From: Actinophytocola sp.
Lineage (GTDB): Bacteria > Actinomycetota > Actinomycetes > Mycobacteriales > Pseudonocardiaceae
Direction: 5' to 3'
Assembly: GCA_009379975.1 (NCBI GenBank)
Contig: WHSS01000003.1
Location: 156-64,155 of the forward strand
Length of the DNA stretch: 64,000 nucleotides
The position numbers and the translations under genes are program-made. How positions within the stretch are numbered: the first letter of the stretch is position 1; each line of letters begins with the position of its first letter. The notes beneath the pieces are model-generated. The model was not told the DNA's origin, made no database searches, and worked only from the letters and a program-made list of their open reading frames with translations. This document shows positions 17,660 to 29,200 of the stretch, one piece after another.

Positions 17660-17714
17660 GGAGCCGAAGGTGGCCTTGGGTGCCATATAGGCACCCAAGG
17701 CCACCTTCGGCTCC
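17660..17714. repeat. perfect 25-bp-stem / 5-nt-loop palindrome in a divergent intergenic region
   Basis: GGAGCCGAAGGTGGCCTTGGGTGCC-ATATA-GGCACCCAAGGCCACCTTCGGCTCC. I found no mismatches. Confidence 0.9.
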
Positions 17715-17849
17715 CCACCCCGCCGCCACCGCCACCGTCTACCGATCGTGCTCTTGACGGCTAGTCAACACGGGAGGACGGTGGGACATACGCACGTATA
17801 ACCGGTCGTTCGCCGCGCAATCCGCGGGCAACCAGGGAGGGCACCGACG

Positions 17850-19307
17850 ATGTCGCTCACTTACGGTTCACTGGTCGAAGGGCTGCGCGATCGCATCCCG
17901 CCGCTGACCGCGGTGCCGCTGCCGCGGTCCGTCGACGACAAGCTGCTCGCGAAGCGCTGGCCGTCGGGACCGTTCGCCGAGCCCCCGCCCGGCAGCGGAC
18001 TCAAGGCCGTGCCCGGCGACTTCGGCCCGCGCTTCGTCGGCCACAGCCTCGAATACATGCGTTACGGCCTTGACTTCGCGCTGCGCCGCTACGAACGCTA
18101 CGGCCCTGTGTCCTGGTCCGGAATGTTCGGTCAGCGCATGGTGTCGCTCGTCGGCCCCGACGCATCGCAGCTCGTGCTGACCAATCGCGACAAGGTGTTC
18201 TCGCAACAGGGCTGGCACTTCTTCATCGACAACTTCTTCCACCGCGGCTTGATGCTGCTGGACTTCGATGAGCACCGGATGCACCGCCGGATCATGCAAC
18301 AGGCCTTCACCCGGGACCGGCTCGAGGGATACAGCGGGCCGATGGTCGCCGAACTCCGCGCCGGGATCGACGCGTGGCCGACGCACCAACGGTTCCGGAT
18401 GTATCGCGCGCTCAAGCAACTCACCCTCGACGTGGCGACGCGGGTCTTCATGGACATGCCACCGCACGACTCCGAACACATCAACCGGGCGTTCATCGAC
18501 ACCGTGCGAGCGGGCACCGCGGTCGTGCGCTATCCCGTCCCCGGCGGCCGGTGGTCCGCCGGGCTGCGCGGCAGGAAGGTGCTCGAGCAGCATTTCGGTG
18601 AGAACCTGCCCGCCAAACGCGCCAGCGACGGCGCCGATCTGTTCTCCGCGTTGTGCCACGCCACCACACCGGAGGGCGAACAGTTCACCGACGAAGACGT
18701 CGTGAACCACATGATCTTCCTGATGATGGCCGCGCACGACACCTCGACCATCACCAGCACGGCGGCGGTGTACCACCTGGGCAAGCATCCCGAGTGGCAG
18801 GAGCGCGTCCGCCAGGAGTCGCTCGCCCTCGGGGACGCGCCGCCCGACCTCGCCGCACTCGATTCGCTCGAATCGCTCGATCTGGTGATCAAGGAGTCAC
18901 TCAGATTGGTGGCGCCGGTACCGACCTTCCCGCGCAAGGCCGTCGCCGACACCGAGGTTCTCGGGCACTACATTCCAGGGGGCTCGTTCGTCAACGTGTC
19001 CCCCATGCTCAACCACTTCCTGCCCGAGTACTGGACCGAACCGATGCGCTTCGATCCGGAACGCTTCGGTGAATCGCGCCGGGAGGACAAATCCCACCGT
19101 TTCGCGTGGCTGCCATTCGGCGGTGGCGTGCACAAATGCATCGGAATGCAGTTCGGCATGATGGAGGTCAAGGCGCTGCTGCACGAGATGCTGTGCCGGT
19201 ACCGGTGGCGGCTGGCCGACGACTACACTGCACGCTGGGATTACGTCGCGCTCCCGGTGCCCGTCGACGGGTTGCCGATCGAGCTCAGGCCACTCTCCCA
19301 ACGGTGA
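17850..19307 (+). CDS. cytochrome P450
   Basis: Heme-binding loop FGGGVHKCIGMQFG, the ExxR motif (ESLRL), and a length of 485 aa. Confidence 0.9.
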   Translation: MSLTYGSLVEGLRDRIPPLTAVPLPRSVDDKLLAKRWPSGPFAEPPPGSGLKAVPGDFGPRFVGHSLEYMRYGLDFALRRYERYGPVSWSGMFGQRMVSLVGPDASQLVLTNRDKVFSQQGWHFFIDNFFHRGLMLLDFDEHRMHRRIMQQAFTRDRLEGYSGPMVAELRAGIDAWPTHQRFRMYRALKQLTLDVATRVFMDMPPHDSEHINRAFIDTVRAGTAVVRYPVPGGRWSAGLRGRKVLEQHFGENLPAKRASDGADLFSALCHATTPEGEQFTDEDVVNHMIFLMMAAHDTSTITSTAAVYHLGKHPEWQERVRQESLALGDAPPDLAALDSLESLDLVIKESLRLVAPVPTFPRKAVADTEVLGHYIPGGSFVNVSPMLNHFLPEYWTEPMRFDPERFGESRREDKSHRFAWLPFGGGVHKCIGMQFGMMEVKALLHEMLCRYRWRLADDYTARWDYVALPVPVDGLPIELRPLSQR

Positions 19308-19500
19308 TCACCCAGCGTTACCACCGTAAAAGCCCACGTCACTCATTCAGCCGGTAGACACACGGACTTGGCCATGGTGATTTAGCTAGGTCATAAGGTG
19401 CGGCCATACTCAGTGTTGGATGCTGCGACGAAGCCCCCTCGAAATCGGTATCGTCGACCGAGTCGCTATTCGGTCGAAAGCTCTTTGAACGAGGTGCATC

Positions 19501-21237
19501 TTGAACCAACCTGGTGACCCGCCAGGCGCGCGATATGCGGCAAGCGATCGCTTCGCTGCCCTCTTCTCCCACGCCCCCCTCGGCATCGCACTCACCGACG
19601 CCGAGGGAACCATCGCCGAAGCCAACCCGGCGCTCGGCAGCCTGCTCGGCATGGACGCGCAAACCCTGCGCGGCCGGGACTTCGCCGAACTGACGAGTAC
19701 GCCCCACGACGCCGCGATGATGCGCGCGTTGCTGGCCGCCCACGCCCCCAACTCGGATGATCGCCAGCAGTTCGAAACCTCGCTCGAACACGCCGACGAC
19801 GGACCGGTCCGCACCAAGATCACGTTGAGCTATCTGCCATCCGACGAGCCGTCTCAGCAGTACCCGGTCGTGATGGTGGAAGACATCAATGATCTGCACC
19901 TGCTGCACGAGACGCTGCGCTGGCAGAACGTGCACGATCCGCTCACCGGCCTGCCCAACATCGGGAGTTTCCGCAACCAGCTCGAAACTGCGGTCGCCGA
20001 CCAGTCCGGCGGCCAGGTCGCGTTGATCTTCCTGGACCTCGACGGTTTCCGGGTGATCAATGACGGGCTCGGCGCGGACGCGGGCGACCGGATGCTGCGC
20101 ACCGTCGCGTCCAAGCTCCGGTCGGTGTTCGACTCGGCTGACACCGTCGTCGCGCGGCTGACCGGTGACGGGTTCGGCGTGCTGATGCGGGGCGAACTCA
20201 CCACGCACGCGGTCATCACCCAGGTCGAAGCCGCCCTCGCCACGCTCGGCGAGCCGATCTACGTCGCGGACACCGGGGTCGGTCTCAGTGCGAGCGCGGG
20301 CATCGTGCTGCGCGCGGCGGGCACGCTCAGCGCCACCGAGATGGAGCGCGCGGCCGAGATCACGCTGCACCGCGCCAAGGAATCGGGCCGGGCCAAGTGG
20401 ATGCTGTTCGAACCCGAGCTCACGTCGCTCGACCGGGAACGCTACCGCCTCAGCGCCAGCATCGCAGGGGCGTTGGAGACCGGCCAATTCGAGCTGCTGT
20501 ATCAGCCGACCGTGAAGCTGGACGGGTCCAACGAGTTTCCCGTCGTCAACGTGAGCCTGCAGTGGAACCGGCCCGAATCGGCACCGCTCTCCCCCGAGGA
20601 GTTCCTGCCGATGGCCGACGCCACCGGGATGACCATGCCGCTGGGCCGGTGGCTGCTGAGCGAGTCACTCTCGGCGTACTCGCGGTGGCGGCAGGCGACC
20701 GAGGGCAAGCTGCCGGACCTGTGCGTCCGGCTGCCCGTCCGGCTCGCGATCGATGACGACCTGGTCGGCCTGGTGCGCGGCGAGCTGGAACGCCACAGCC
20801 TGCCGTCCGGGACGCTGCGGCTCTGCGCCGACAGCTCCACGGTGCTCGACCCGCGGGGCGAGGTGCTCGACTCGCTGGCTGTGCTCGGCGACCTCGGCGT
20901 AAAGCTGGTGCTGGCCGTGTCGGGCGCGGCGGACCTCGAACTCATTCACCGGCACAAGCTCCCGGTCGGCTTCGTGGTGATGACCGGGCGCATCGTCGAT
21001 GCACTGCTCGACGAGGACAGCAACCCGGCCACCGTCCGGCACCTGGAGCACCTCATTCAGAGTGCCCGGGAGTTGGGCGTACGGATCGGCGCCGAGGGTG
21101 TTCGCACCGAGAAGCAGGCGCGTCAGCTCGCCGAGCTGGGCGTCATCGCCGCCAGGGGTGAGTTCTACCGCGAAGCGCTCTCAGCTGACGACATCCAGGC
21201 GCTGCTCGCCAAGACCGCCCCCACCGCCACCACCTGA
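19501..21237 (+). CDS. PAS-GGDEF-EAL signalling protein with degenerate catalytic motifs
   Basis: PAS: FSHAPLGIALTDAEGTIAEANPA. The GGDEF position reads TGDGF (RLTGDGFGVLM). The EAL domain has ELLYQP, but the EAL(L)RW position reads VSLQW. TTG start. Confidence 0.8.
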   Translation: MNQPGDPPGARYAASDRFAALFSHAPLGIALTDAEGTIAEANPALGSLLGMDAQTLRGRDFAELTSTPHDAAMMRALLAAHAPNSDDRQQFETSLEHADDGPVRTKITLSYLPSDEPSQQYPVVMVEDINDLHLLHETLRWQNVHDPLTGLPNIGSFRNQLETAVADQSGGQVALIFLDLDGFRVINDGLGADAGDRMLRTVASKLRSVFDSADTVVARLTGDGFGVLMRGELTTHAVITQVEAALATLGEPIYVADTGVGLSASAGIVLRAAGTLSATEMERAAEITLHRAKESGRAKWMLFEPELTSLDRERYRLSASIAGALETGQFELLYQPTVKLDGSNEFPVVNVSLQWNRPESAPLSPEEFLPMADATGMTMPLGRWLLSESLSAYSRWRQATEGKLPDLCVRLPVRLAIDDDLVGLVRGELERHSLPSGTLRLCADSSTVLDPRGEVLDSLAVLGDLGVKLVLAVSGAADLELIHRHKLPVGFVVMTGRIVDALLDEDSNPATVRHLEHLIQSARELGVRIGAEGVRTEKQARQLAELGVIAARGEFYREALSADDIQALLAKTAPTATT

Positions 21238-21296
21238 TACTTCGACGCCACCTCGCCCGCGCGGTGCCGCCGCGGCGGGTAGGGCACGATGAACGC

Positions 21297-21752
21297 ATGA
21301 AAATCGGAGACCAGGTAGCCGAGTTCACGCTGCCCGATCAGCACGGTGACCCGCGCAGCCTTTCGGAGTTCCTCGCCAAGGGCCCGATCGTGCTGTTCTT
21401 CTACCCCGCCGCGATGACGCCGGGCTGCACCGCGGAGAGCTGTCACTTCCGCGACCTCGCAGCGGAGTTCGACGAGGTCGGCGCCTCGCGCGTCGGGATA
21501 AGCCAGGACTCCGTCGACAAGCAGGCGGAGTTCTCCGGCAAGCACGCCTTCGACTACCCGCTGCTGTCCGACTCCGAAGGCGAAGTCGCCCGGAGCTTCG
21601 GGGTCAGCCGGAAGATCGGGCCGATGCCGACCAAGCGGCACACTTTCGTCATCGACACCGACGGCCGGGTACTCGAAGTCATCAAGAGCGAGATCAGGAT
21701 GGCCGTGCACGCCGACCGCGCACTCGAGGTGCTGCGCGCCCGCGCAGCTTGA
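21297..21752 (+). CDS. bcp: thiol peroxidase Bcp (peroxiredoxin)
   Basis: MKIGDQVAEFTLPDQHG...FFYPAAMTPGCTAESC. The ATG at 21297 gives a typical 151-aa Bcp. The track ORF starts at 21264. Confidence 0.85.
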   Translation: MKIGDQVAEFTLPDQHGDPRSLSEFLAKGPIVLFFYPAAMTPGCTAESCHFRDLAAEFDEVGASRVGISQDSVDKQAEFSGKHAFDYPLLSDSEGEVARSFGVSRKIGPMPTKRHTFVIDTDGRVLEVIKSEIRMAVHADRALEVLRARAA

Positions 21753-21754
21753 GC

Positions 21755-21798
21755 GAGTGTGACGTTCGGCCCGACCTACGGGCCCGAACGTCACACTC
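21755..21798. terminator. GC-rich hairpin between convergent genes (repeat family B, copy 1)
   Basis: GAGTGTGACGTTCGGCCC-N7-GGGCCCGAACGTCACACTC with one bulged base. It lies 3 nt after the bcp stop and 17 nt from the stop of the convergent LCP gene. Confidence 0.7.
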
Positions 21799-21814
21799 AC
21801 CAGTGCGTTTGCGG

Positions 21815-22921
21815 CTAATCTTCGATCAGGCTGTCCGGCACCTCGGTGTCGTTGCGCAACGCTTCGAACAGCTGCTGCGCCTTCGCCTGGTCGAAGCTCG
21901 TGGCGGCCCCGGAGCTCACCGGGACGGTAGTGTTGACCATCCCGCCCGAGGAGATACCGCGTAGCGCCCAGCCGAGGCCGACCAGGTTGTGCAAGTGATC
22001 GCCTTCGTCGATGCTCAACGCGTCCGGCGCCGCACCGAGCAGCGGGAACAGGTCGAACGGGTTGAGCAAGGTCGCCGGGCTCGCCATCTCACTGGCCATC
22101 GCGCCCATGAACTTGCGCTGGTTCACCACCCGGTCCAGGTCGGAACGCGGAGTGGCCTCGCTCTTGCGCATCCGCACGAACGACAACGCCTGCGACCCGT
22201 CGAGCTCCTGCTTCCCTTCCGGGATCTCCACGCCGTTGGAGCCGTCCACCATGCCCGGCGGCACGTCCATCGTCACGCCGCCGATGGCATCCACGACATC
22301 GGCGAACCCGCCGAAACCGATCTCCGCGTAGTGATCGACATGCAGCCCGGACGCCTGCTCCACGGTTTGCGCCAGCAACTGTGGCCCACCGAGGGAGAAC
22401 GCCGCGTTGATCTTGTTCACGCCATGGCCCGGGATCTCCACGTTCAAATCACGCGGGAAGCTCAGCAGGGTCGGCTTCGTGTCGTTGTCCGGGATGTGGG
22501 CCAGCAGGATGGTGTCGGTGCGGTTACCTTCCGGCCCGCCGGTGTGCAGCCGCTTGCGCGCCTCCGCGTCGAGATTTTCCCTGCTATCCGAGCCGACGAT
22601 CAGCCAGTTGGTGCCCTCGGCCGCCGCGGGCCTGCCCTCGTAGTCCGCCAGCGCATCCACCCGGTTGATGGAGAACTCCAGGTACAGCCAGACACTCGCG
22701 ATGAACAGCAGGAACACCAGCATGATCACGCCGACGACCCGGCGGAAACCCCATCGCTTCCGCCTCGGTGGCCTGCCCGGCGGGGTGGGATGTCCCCGTG
22801 GCGGCCCACCGGCGGGTGGTCTGCGTGGCGGCGGCTGATGCCCGCCGCGCCCCGGCATCGGCATCATCTCCGTCTGCTGATGCCTGTTGCCTCTGCCATA
22901 TGCCCCGCGCATGTCAGCCAT
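21815..22921 (-). CDS. LCP (LytR-CpsA-Psr) family cell-envelope phosphotransferase
   Basis: Pro/Arg-rich cytoplasmic N-terminus, one TM helix, and an LCP core (NWLIVGSDSRE..TDTILLAHIP..LLSFPRDL..INAAF). Confidence 0.85.
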   Translation of the reverse strand: MADMRGAYGRGNRHQQTEMMPMPGRGGHQPPPRRPPAGGPPRGHPTPPGRPPRRKRWGFRRVVGVIMLVFLLFIASVWLYLEFSINRVDALADYEGRPAAAEGTNWLIVGSDSRENLDAEARKRLHTGGPEGNRTDTILLAHIPDNDTKPTLLSFPRDLNVEIPGHGVNKINAAFSLGGPQLLAQTVEQASGLHVDHYAEIGFGGFADVVDAIGGVTMDVPPGMVDGSNGVEIPEGKQELDGSQALSFVRMRKSEATPRSDLDRVVNQRKFMGAMASEMASPATLLNPFDLFPLLGAAPDALSIDEGDHLHNLVGLGWALRGISSGGMVNTTVPVSSGAATSFDQAKAQQLFEALRNDTEVPDSLIED

Positions 22922-23057
22922 CGTCGACTCGCCGTCTCCTTCCGCCCGCCGACCACATCACCCGCAGCCGGCGGCGCGCGTCACCTGCGTTTGGTTGGGG
23001 CGCATCATTGCACCACCATGGTGACGGGGTGGTAAGCGACCCGGGGGTCGGACCGAA

Positions 23058-23768
23058 TTACACCCGTAAGCGAATTCTATCGCCACTGGGCAGCTGCGCA
23101 GCTGATGCGAGCAACGGTTCATACTGCGTGATCCCGAGCGACTCGAGGGCGAACGCCCGTACCAGCCGGGTCCAGGTCTTGGGCCGCCGCAACATCGCGT
23201 GTGCCTCGTCGGCGAGCTCGAACCGCAGCACCGTGGTCACCTCACTCGCTCGCTTCGCGTACTCGAACGAGCTCTCTGGCGTGGTGATCTGGTCCTCGGT
23301 ACCGTGCGCGATCAGCACATTCACCCCCTCGACCGGGCTCACCCAGTCCTTGTCCGTCGTCCACGGCGCGAGCGCGCACACGCCGACGACGCGCGGGTCG
23401 TCGGCCACCCGCAGTGCGACCCGGCCGCCCATGGAGTGACCGATGAGCACGATCGGCAGGCCGGGATGACCTTCCGCCAGCCGCCGCAACGCCCATCGGC
23501 CGTCCTGGACCGGATCCAGGTCGGGCTTGTTCCAGCCCCGCACGCGATTGCGGAGCAGGCACACCTCGATGCCGTGCTGCTTGCCGGCGTCGCGCAACGC
23601 CCGCGCGAACGGCAGCATGCGCAGGTACGGGCGGGACCACCGGCGGATCCGGCCGGTCCCGTTCTCCGCCCCACCGTGCAGCACGAGGACGACGGCCTTG
23701 GTCTCGCCCGTCGCCGGCAAGATCTTCATGCTCGGCAGGTGGGTCATGGTCGGCTGGGAGTCAGTCAC
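23058..23768 (-). CDS. alpha/beta hydrolase
   Basis: Nucleophile elbow IGHSMGG and a late AHGTED..T motif. 236 aa. Confidence 0.7.
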   Translation of the reverse strand: MTDSQPTMTHLPSMKILPATGETKAVVLVLHGGAENGTGRIRRWSRPYLRMLPFARALRDAGKQHGIEVCLLRNRVRGWNKPDLDPVQDGRWALRRLAEGHPGLPIVLIGHSMGGRVALRVADDPRVVGVCALAPWTTDKDWVSPVEGVNVLIAHGTEDQITTPESSFEYAKRASEVTTVLRFELADEAHAMLRRPKTWTRLVRAFALESLGITQYEPLLASAAQLPSGDRIRLRV

Positions 23769-23778
23769 CCGATCATCT

Positions 23779-25656
23779 TCACGCAGCGGCAGGCTGATCG
23801 GCGAACTGGGTGCGGTACAGGTCGGCGTAGCGGCCGTCGGCGGCGAGCAGTTCCTCGTGCCTGCCCCGCTCGACGATCTCGCCCGCCTCGACCACGAGGA
23901 TCTGATCCGCGGCCCGCACCGTGGACAACCGGTGGGCGATCACCAGCGACGTCCGGCCGCTCAGCGCGTCGGACAGCGCTTCGGCGACCGCGACCTCGGA
24001 CTCGGAGTCCAGATGCGCGGTGGCCTCGTCGAGCACCACCACCCGCGGCCGTGCCAGCAGCAACCGGGCTATCGTCAGCCGCTGGCGCTCCCCGCCGGAG
24101 AGCCGGTAGCCACGCTCGCCGACCACCGTGTCGAGCTGATCGGGTAAGCCGCGCACCAGCTCGCCGAGCCGCGCGCGGGTGAGCGCATCCCAGACCTCTT
24201 CCTCGGTCGCCTCCGGCCGCGCGTAGACCAGGTTGGCGCGGATCGAGTCGTGGAACAGGTGGCCGTCCTGGGTGACGACGCCGACGACATCGCGCACCGA
24301 GTCGAAGCTCAGCTCCCTGACATCTACTCCGGAGAGCCGGACCGAGCCGCTGTCCACGTCGTAAAGCCGTGGCACCAGCGAGACGATCGTCGACTTGCCC
24401 GCCCCCGACGAACCGACCAGGGCGATCATCTGCCCCGGCTCCGCGCGGAAGCTGACACCGTGCAGCACCTGCTCGCCGCCCCGGTTGTCCAACGTGGCGA
24501 CTTCCTCCAGCGAGGCGAGCGAAACCTTGTCCGCCGCCGGGTAGGCGAAGCGCACATCGCGGAATTCCACCGAAGCCGGGCCATCGGGCACCGTGCGCGC
24601 ATCCGGCCGCTCGGTGATCATCGGCTTGATGTCGAGCACCTCGAAGATGCGCTCGAACGAGACCAGCGCGGTCATCACATCGACGCGCACATTGGCCAGC
24701 GCGGTGAGCGGCGTGTAGAGCCGGGTCAGCAACAGCGCCAGCGCCACCACCGTGCCCGGCGCGAGCTCACCACCGACCGCCAGCCAGCCGCCGAGGCCGT
24801 ACACCAGGGCCAGCGCGAGCGCCGAGACCAGCATCAGGCTGGTCATGAACCACCGGGTGAGCATGGCGGTGCGTACCCCGATGTCACGCACCTTGCTCGC
24901 CCGCTCGGCGAAGTCGTCGACCTCGACCTGTGGCCGCCCGAACAGCTTTACCAAGGTGGCCCCCGGCGCGGAGAACCGCTCGGTCATCTGCGTGGTCATC
25001 ACCGCGTTGTGCTCGGCGGCCGCACGCTGCAGTGTCGCCATCTTGCGCCCGATCCGGCGTGCGGGCAGCACGAAGATCGGCAGCAGGACCAGCGCCATGG
25101 CGGTCACCTGCCAGGACAGCGTGATCATGACCGCGAGCGAGAGCACCAGTTGGATCACGTTGGTGACCAGGCCCGACAGCGTCGCCGTGAACGTCCGCTG
25201 CGCGCCGATCACGTCGTTGTTGAGCCTGCTCACCAGCGCACCGGTCCTGGTGCGGGTGAAAAACGCGATCGGCATCCGCTGGACATGCTCGAACACCGCC
25301 CGCCGCAGATCGAAGATCAGCCCTTCCCCGATGTGCGCGGACTGCCACCGCTCGGCGAGGCCGATGCCCGCGTCCGCGATCGCGATGCCGGCGATGATCA
25401 GCGCGAGCACGACGATCGTCCCGCCGCCCTTGCCGCTGACGATCACATCCACGACCCGGCCTGCCAGCAGCGGGGTGCTCACCGCGAGGAAAGCGGCGAC
25501 CACCGTCAGCAGCAGGAAGATCACCAGGCGGCGCCAGTGTGGCCGGGCGAACCGGGCGACCCGCCGCACCGTGCCGCGGTGCAACCCTTTCGGCGCGTCC
25601 GCTTCGTGCATGCTGCTCCGCAGCAGCATCCAGGTGTTGTCCATCCCGCCCACCAA
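23779..25656 (-). CDS. ABC exporter, fused permease/ATPase (MsbA-like)
   Basis: Six-TM N-terminal half, Walker A GSSGAGKST, signature LSGGERQR, Walker B VVVLDEATA. Confidence 0.9.
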   Translation of the reverse strand: MVGGMDNTWMLLRSSMHEADAPKGLHRGTVRRVARFARPHWRRLVIFLLLTVVAAFLAVSTPLLAGRVVDVIVSGKGGGTIVVLALIIAGIAIADAGIGLAERWQSAHIGEGLIFDLRRAVFEHVQRMPIAFFTRTRTGALVSRLNNDVIGAQRTFTATLSGLVTNVIQLVLSLAVMITLSWQVTAMALVLLPIFVLPARRIGRKMATLQRAAAEHNAVMTTQMTERFSAPGATLVKLFGRPQVEVDDFAERASKVRDIGVRTAMLTRWFMTSLMLVSALALALVYGLGGWLAVGGELAPGTVVALALLLTRLYTPLTALANVRVDVMTALVSFERIFEVLDIKPMITERPDARTVPDGPASVEFRDVRFAYPAADKVSLASLEEVATLDNRGGEQVLHGVSFRAEPGQMIALVGSSGAGKSTIVSLVPRLYDVDSGSVRLSGVDVRELSFDSVRDVVGVVTQDGHLFHDSIRANLVYARPEATEEEVWDALTRARLGELVRGLPDQLDTVVGERGYRLSGGERQRLTIARLLLARPRVVVLDEATAHLDSESEVAVAEALSDALSGRTSLVIAHRLSTVRAADQILVVEAGEIVERGRHEELLAADGRYADLYRTQFADQPAAA

Positions 25657-25876
25657 CTCCTCACGTCGCCGGAACCTCAGCCTACCCCCGCAAACCTCGC
25701 CATTACTCGAGGTTTGATGAGCATCTATGCTGCATAACGCGACGGCATACGTACGCCATTCCTCATCCGCTCGCTTCCGGCGGATCTATTACACACCGAC
25801 GGACCGACAGCCACCGCCACGATGGCCACCAGTAGGCTGCGGAGCTGATCAGCACGTGTCGACGAGGCAGGAACGA

Positions 25877-27205
25877 GTGAGCCAGCCAGCGCAGGCCGCA
25901 CCGAGCGTGGCCGGAACACGCACGCTCGGCCTCGACCTGGCGCTCTACCTCGGATTCGCGCTGTTCGCCCTGGTCACCGCCCTGGTGTCGGAGTTCGCCA
26001 CGCACCGGATCTGGGGATGTTATGCGGCCGTGGGCTATGCCCTGGCCGCGGCGCACACCACCTGGCAGTTCCTCCGGCAACACCACGGCGATGCCCGCTG
26101 GTGGTGGTCACGCTGGGCTGCGATCGCGACCAGCTTCGTGCTGGCTCTGCTCGCTCCACTGGTCCACCTGATTCTCCGCAGGCGCGGTGGCGGCGACTGG
26201 CACCCCGATGCCGCCGCCTGGGGTGCGCAGCCCGAGGTCTGGGTGATCGAGCGGTCGGCGAGCCTGCTGCTGCATACCGGCACGCCCTACGCCGACGTCA
26301 CCGCACTCGGCCGCCCACCGGAGGTCAACGACTACACGCCCTACGGCCCGGTGATGGCGGTGTTCGGGTTACCGAGGGCGCTGATCGAGGCGACCGGGCT
26401 CGACACGTCCTCGATCGCGATGGCACTGACCGACGCACGACTGGTCTTCGCCGCCGTCGCGATAGCGTGCGTGTTCGCGAGCCTGCGGCTGCTGGGCCGC
26501 CCCCGGGTGCCGATCGCCGCCGCGCAGCTCGCCGTCGTTTCGCCCGCGACGGCGCTGACCTGGGCGGTGGCCGGGCCGGACCTCGCCGTCCTCGGGCTGC
26601 TCGTGCTCGCGCTCGTCTTCGCGGTGCGCGGCAACACCGTTCTCGCCGGGCTGTGCCTGGCGCTGGTGATCAGCGCGAAGCTCACCGCGGCTCCGGCGAT
26701 CCTGGTCCTGCTCGTACTGCTCTGGATCAACCGCGGCGCCCGGGCGGCGCTGGTCTTCACCGGCGCGCTCGCGGGCATGACCGCGGCTGCACACCTGCCG
26801 GTGATCCTGCTCGACCCGCGTGCCTTCGTCGAGCACGTCATCGCGTTCCCTGCCGGTGCGGGCGTGGTCGAATCACCCGCTGCCAGCCCGCTGCCCGGTC
26901 ATCTCATCGCGGACACCGGCCCTGCCGGGCATACCATCGCACTCGTGCTGCTCGCGGTGGCAGCGGTCATCATCGCGGCGTGGATCGTGCTACGGCCGCC
27001 AACGACCGGATCCGATGCCGCGCTGCGCATCGCCGTCGGGCTCGGCACCGCGACGTTGCTGACGCCTGCTACGCGCTGGGGATACTTGGTCTACCCGCTG
27101 GTACTGCTCGGGGCGAGGTTGTGCATGCCTGACCTGACCAGCACGTCGAACGTGCCGGACACCCCGACGGCCAGGAGCACGAGACCCACCCGCGCGGGTG
27201 AGTAG
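25877..27205 (+). CDS. polytopic membrane protein, probably a GT87/DUF2029-type glycosyltransferase
   Basis: Many TM helices plus an early loop motif NDYTPYGPVMAVFGLP, reminiscent of DUF2029. The start is uncertain (track 25727; GTG at 25856; GTG at 25877 after GAGGCAGGAA). Confidence 0.5.
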   Translation: MSQPAQAAPSVAGTRTLGLDLALYLGFALFALVTALVSEFATHRIWGCYAAVGYALAAAHTTWQFLRQHHGDARWWWSRWAAIATSFVLALLAPLVHLILRRRGGGDWHPDAAAWGAQPEVWVIERSASLLLHTGTPYADVTALGRPPEVNDYTPYGPVMAVFGLPRALIEATGLDTSSIAMALTDARLVFAAVAIACVFASLRLLGRPRVPIAAAQLAVVSPATALTWAVAGPDLAVLGLLVLALVFAVRGNTVLAGLCLALVISAKLTAAPAILVLLVLLWINRGARAALVFTGALAGMTAAAHLPVILLDPRAFVEHVIAFPAGAGVVESPAASPLPGHLIADTGPAGHTIALVLLAVAAVIIAAWIVLRPPTTGSDAALRIAVGLGTATLLTPATRWGYLVYPLVLLGARLCMPDLTSTSNVPDTPTARSTRPTRAGE

Positions 27206-27215
27206 AGCAGCGGAG

Positions 27216-27425
27216 CTACTTCTTCTTCTTGGTGGTCGCTCCACCGCGGCCGCGTAGCTGCACGCCGGATTCGCACAAGACGCGGTGAACAAACCCGTAC
27301 GATCGGCCCGTCGATTCGGCGAGGGCACGGATGCTCGCGCCCTTCTCGTACTTCTTCTTCAGGTCGGTCGCCAACTTGTCGCGCGTGTTCCCGGTAATAC
27401 GCGCGCCTTTCTTCAGATCGGCCAC
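27216..27425 (-). CDS. small (69-aa) helix-turn-helix protein
   Basis: (V)ADLKKGARITGNTRDKLATDLKKKYEKGASIRALAESTGRSYGFVHRVL..GVQLRGRGGATTKKKK. The GTG at 27425 lies 10 nt after GGGAGG. The upstream part of the track ORF (to 27611) overlaps the ABC-F gene end. Confidence 0.7.
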   Translation of the reverse strand: MADLKKGARITGNTRDKLATDLKKKYEKGASIRALAESTGRSYGFVHRVLCESGVQLRGRGGATTKKKK

Positions 27426-27571
27426 GATTGTCACGCCTCCCGCCGGAGAGTGTTCCAGGCCACGGTGTGGCCCCTTGTAGCGCAATGATCGAACACTGCG
27501 CGGCGGAACGCCAGACGGAAGCCGAAATACCCAAAAACCGCACCACGGACGGCCTAATCTCCTGGCTTGTT

Positions 27572-29200
<1,629 letters not shown>

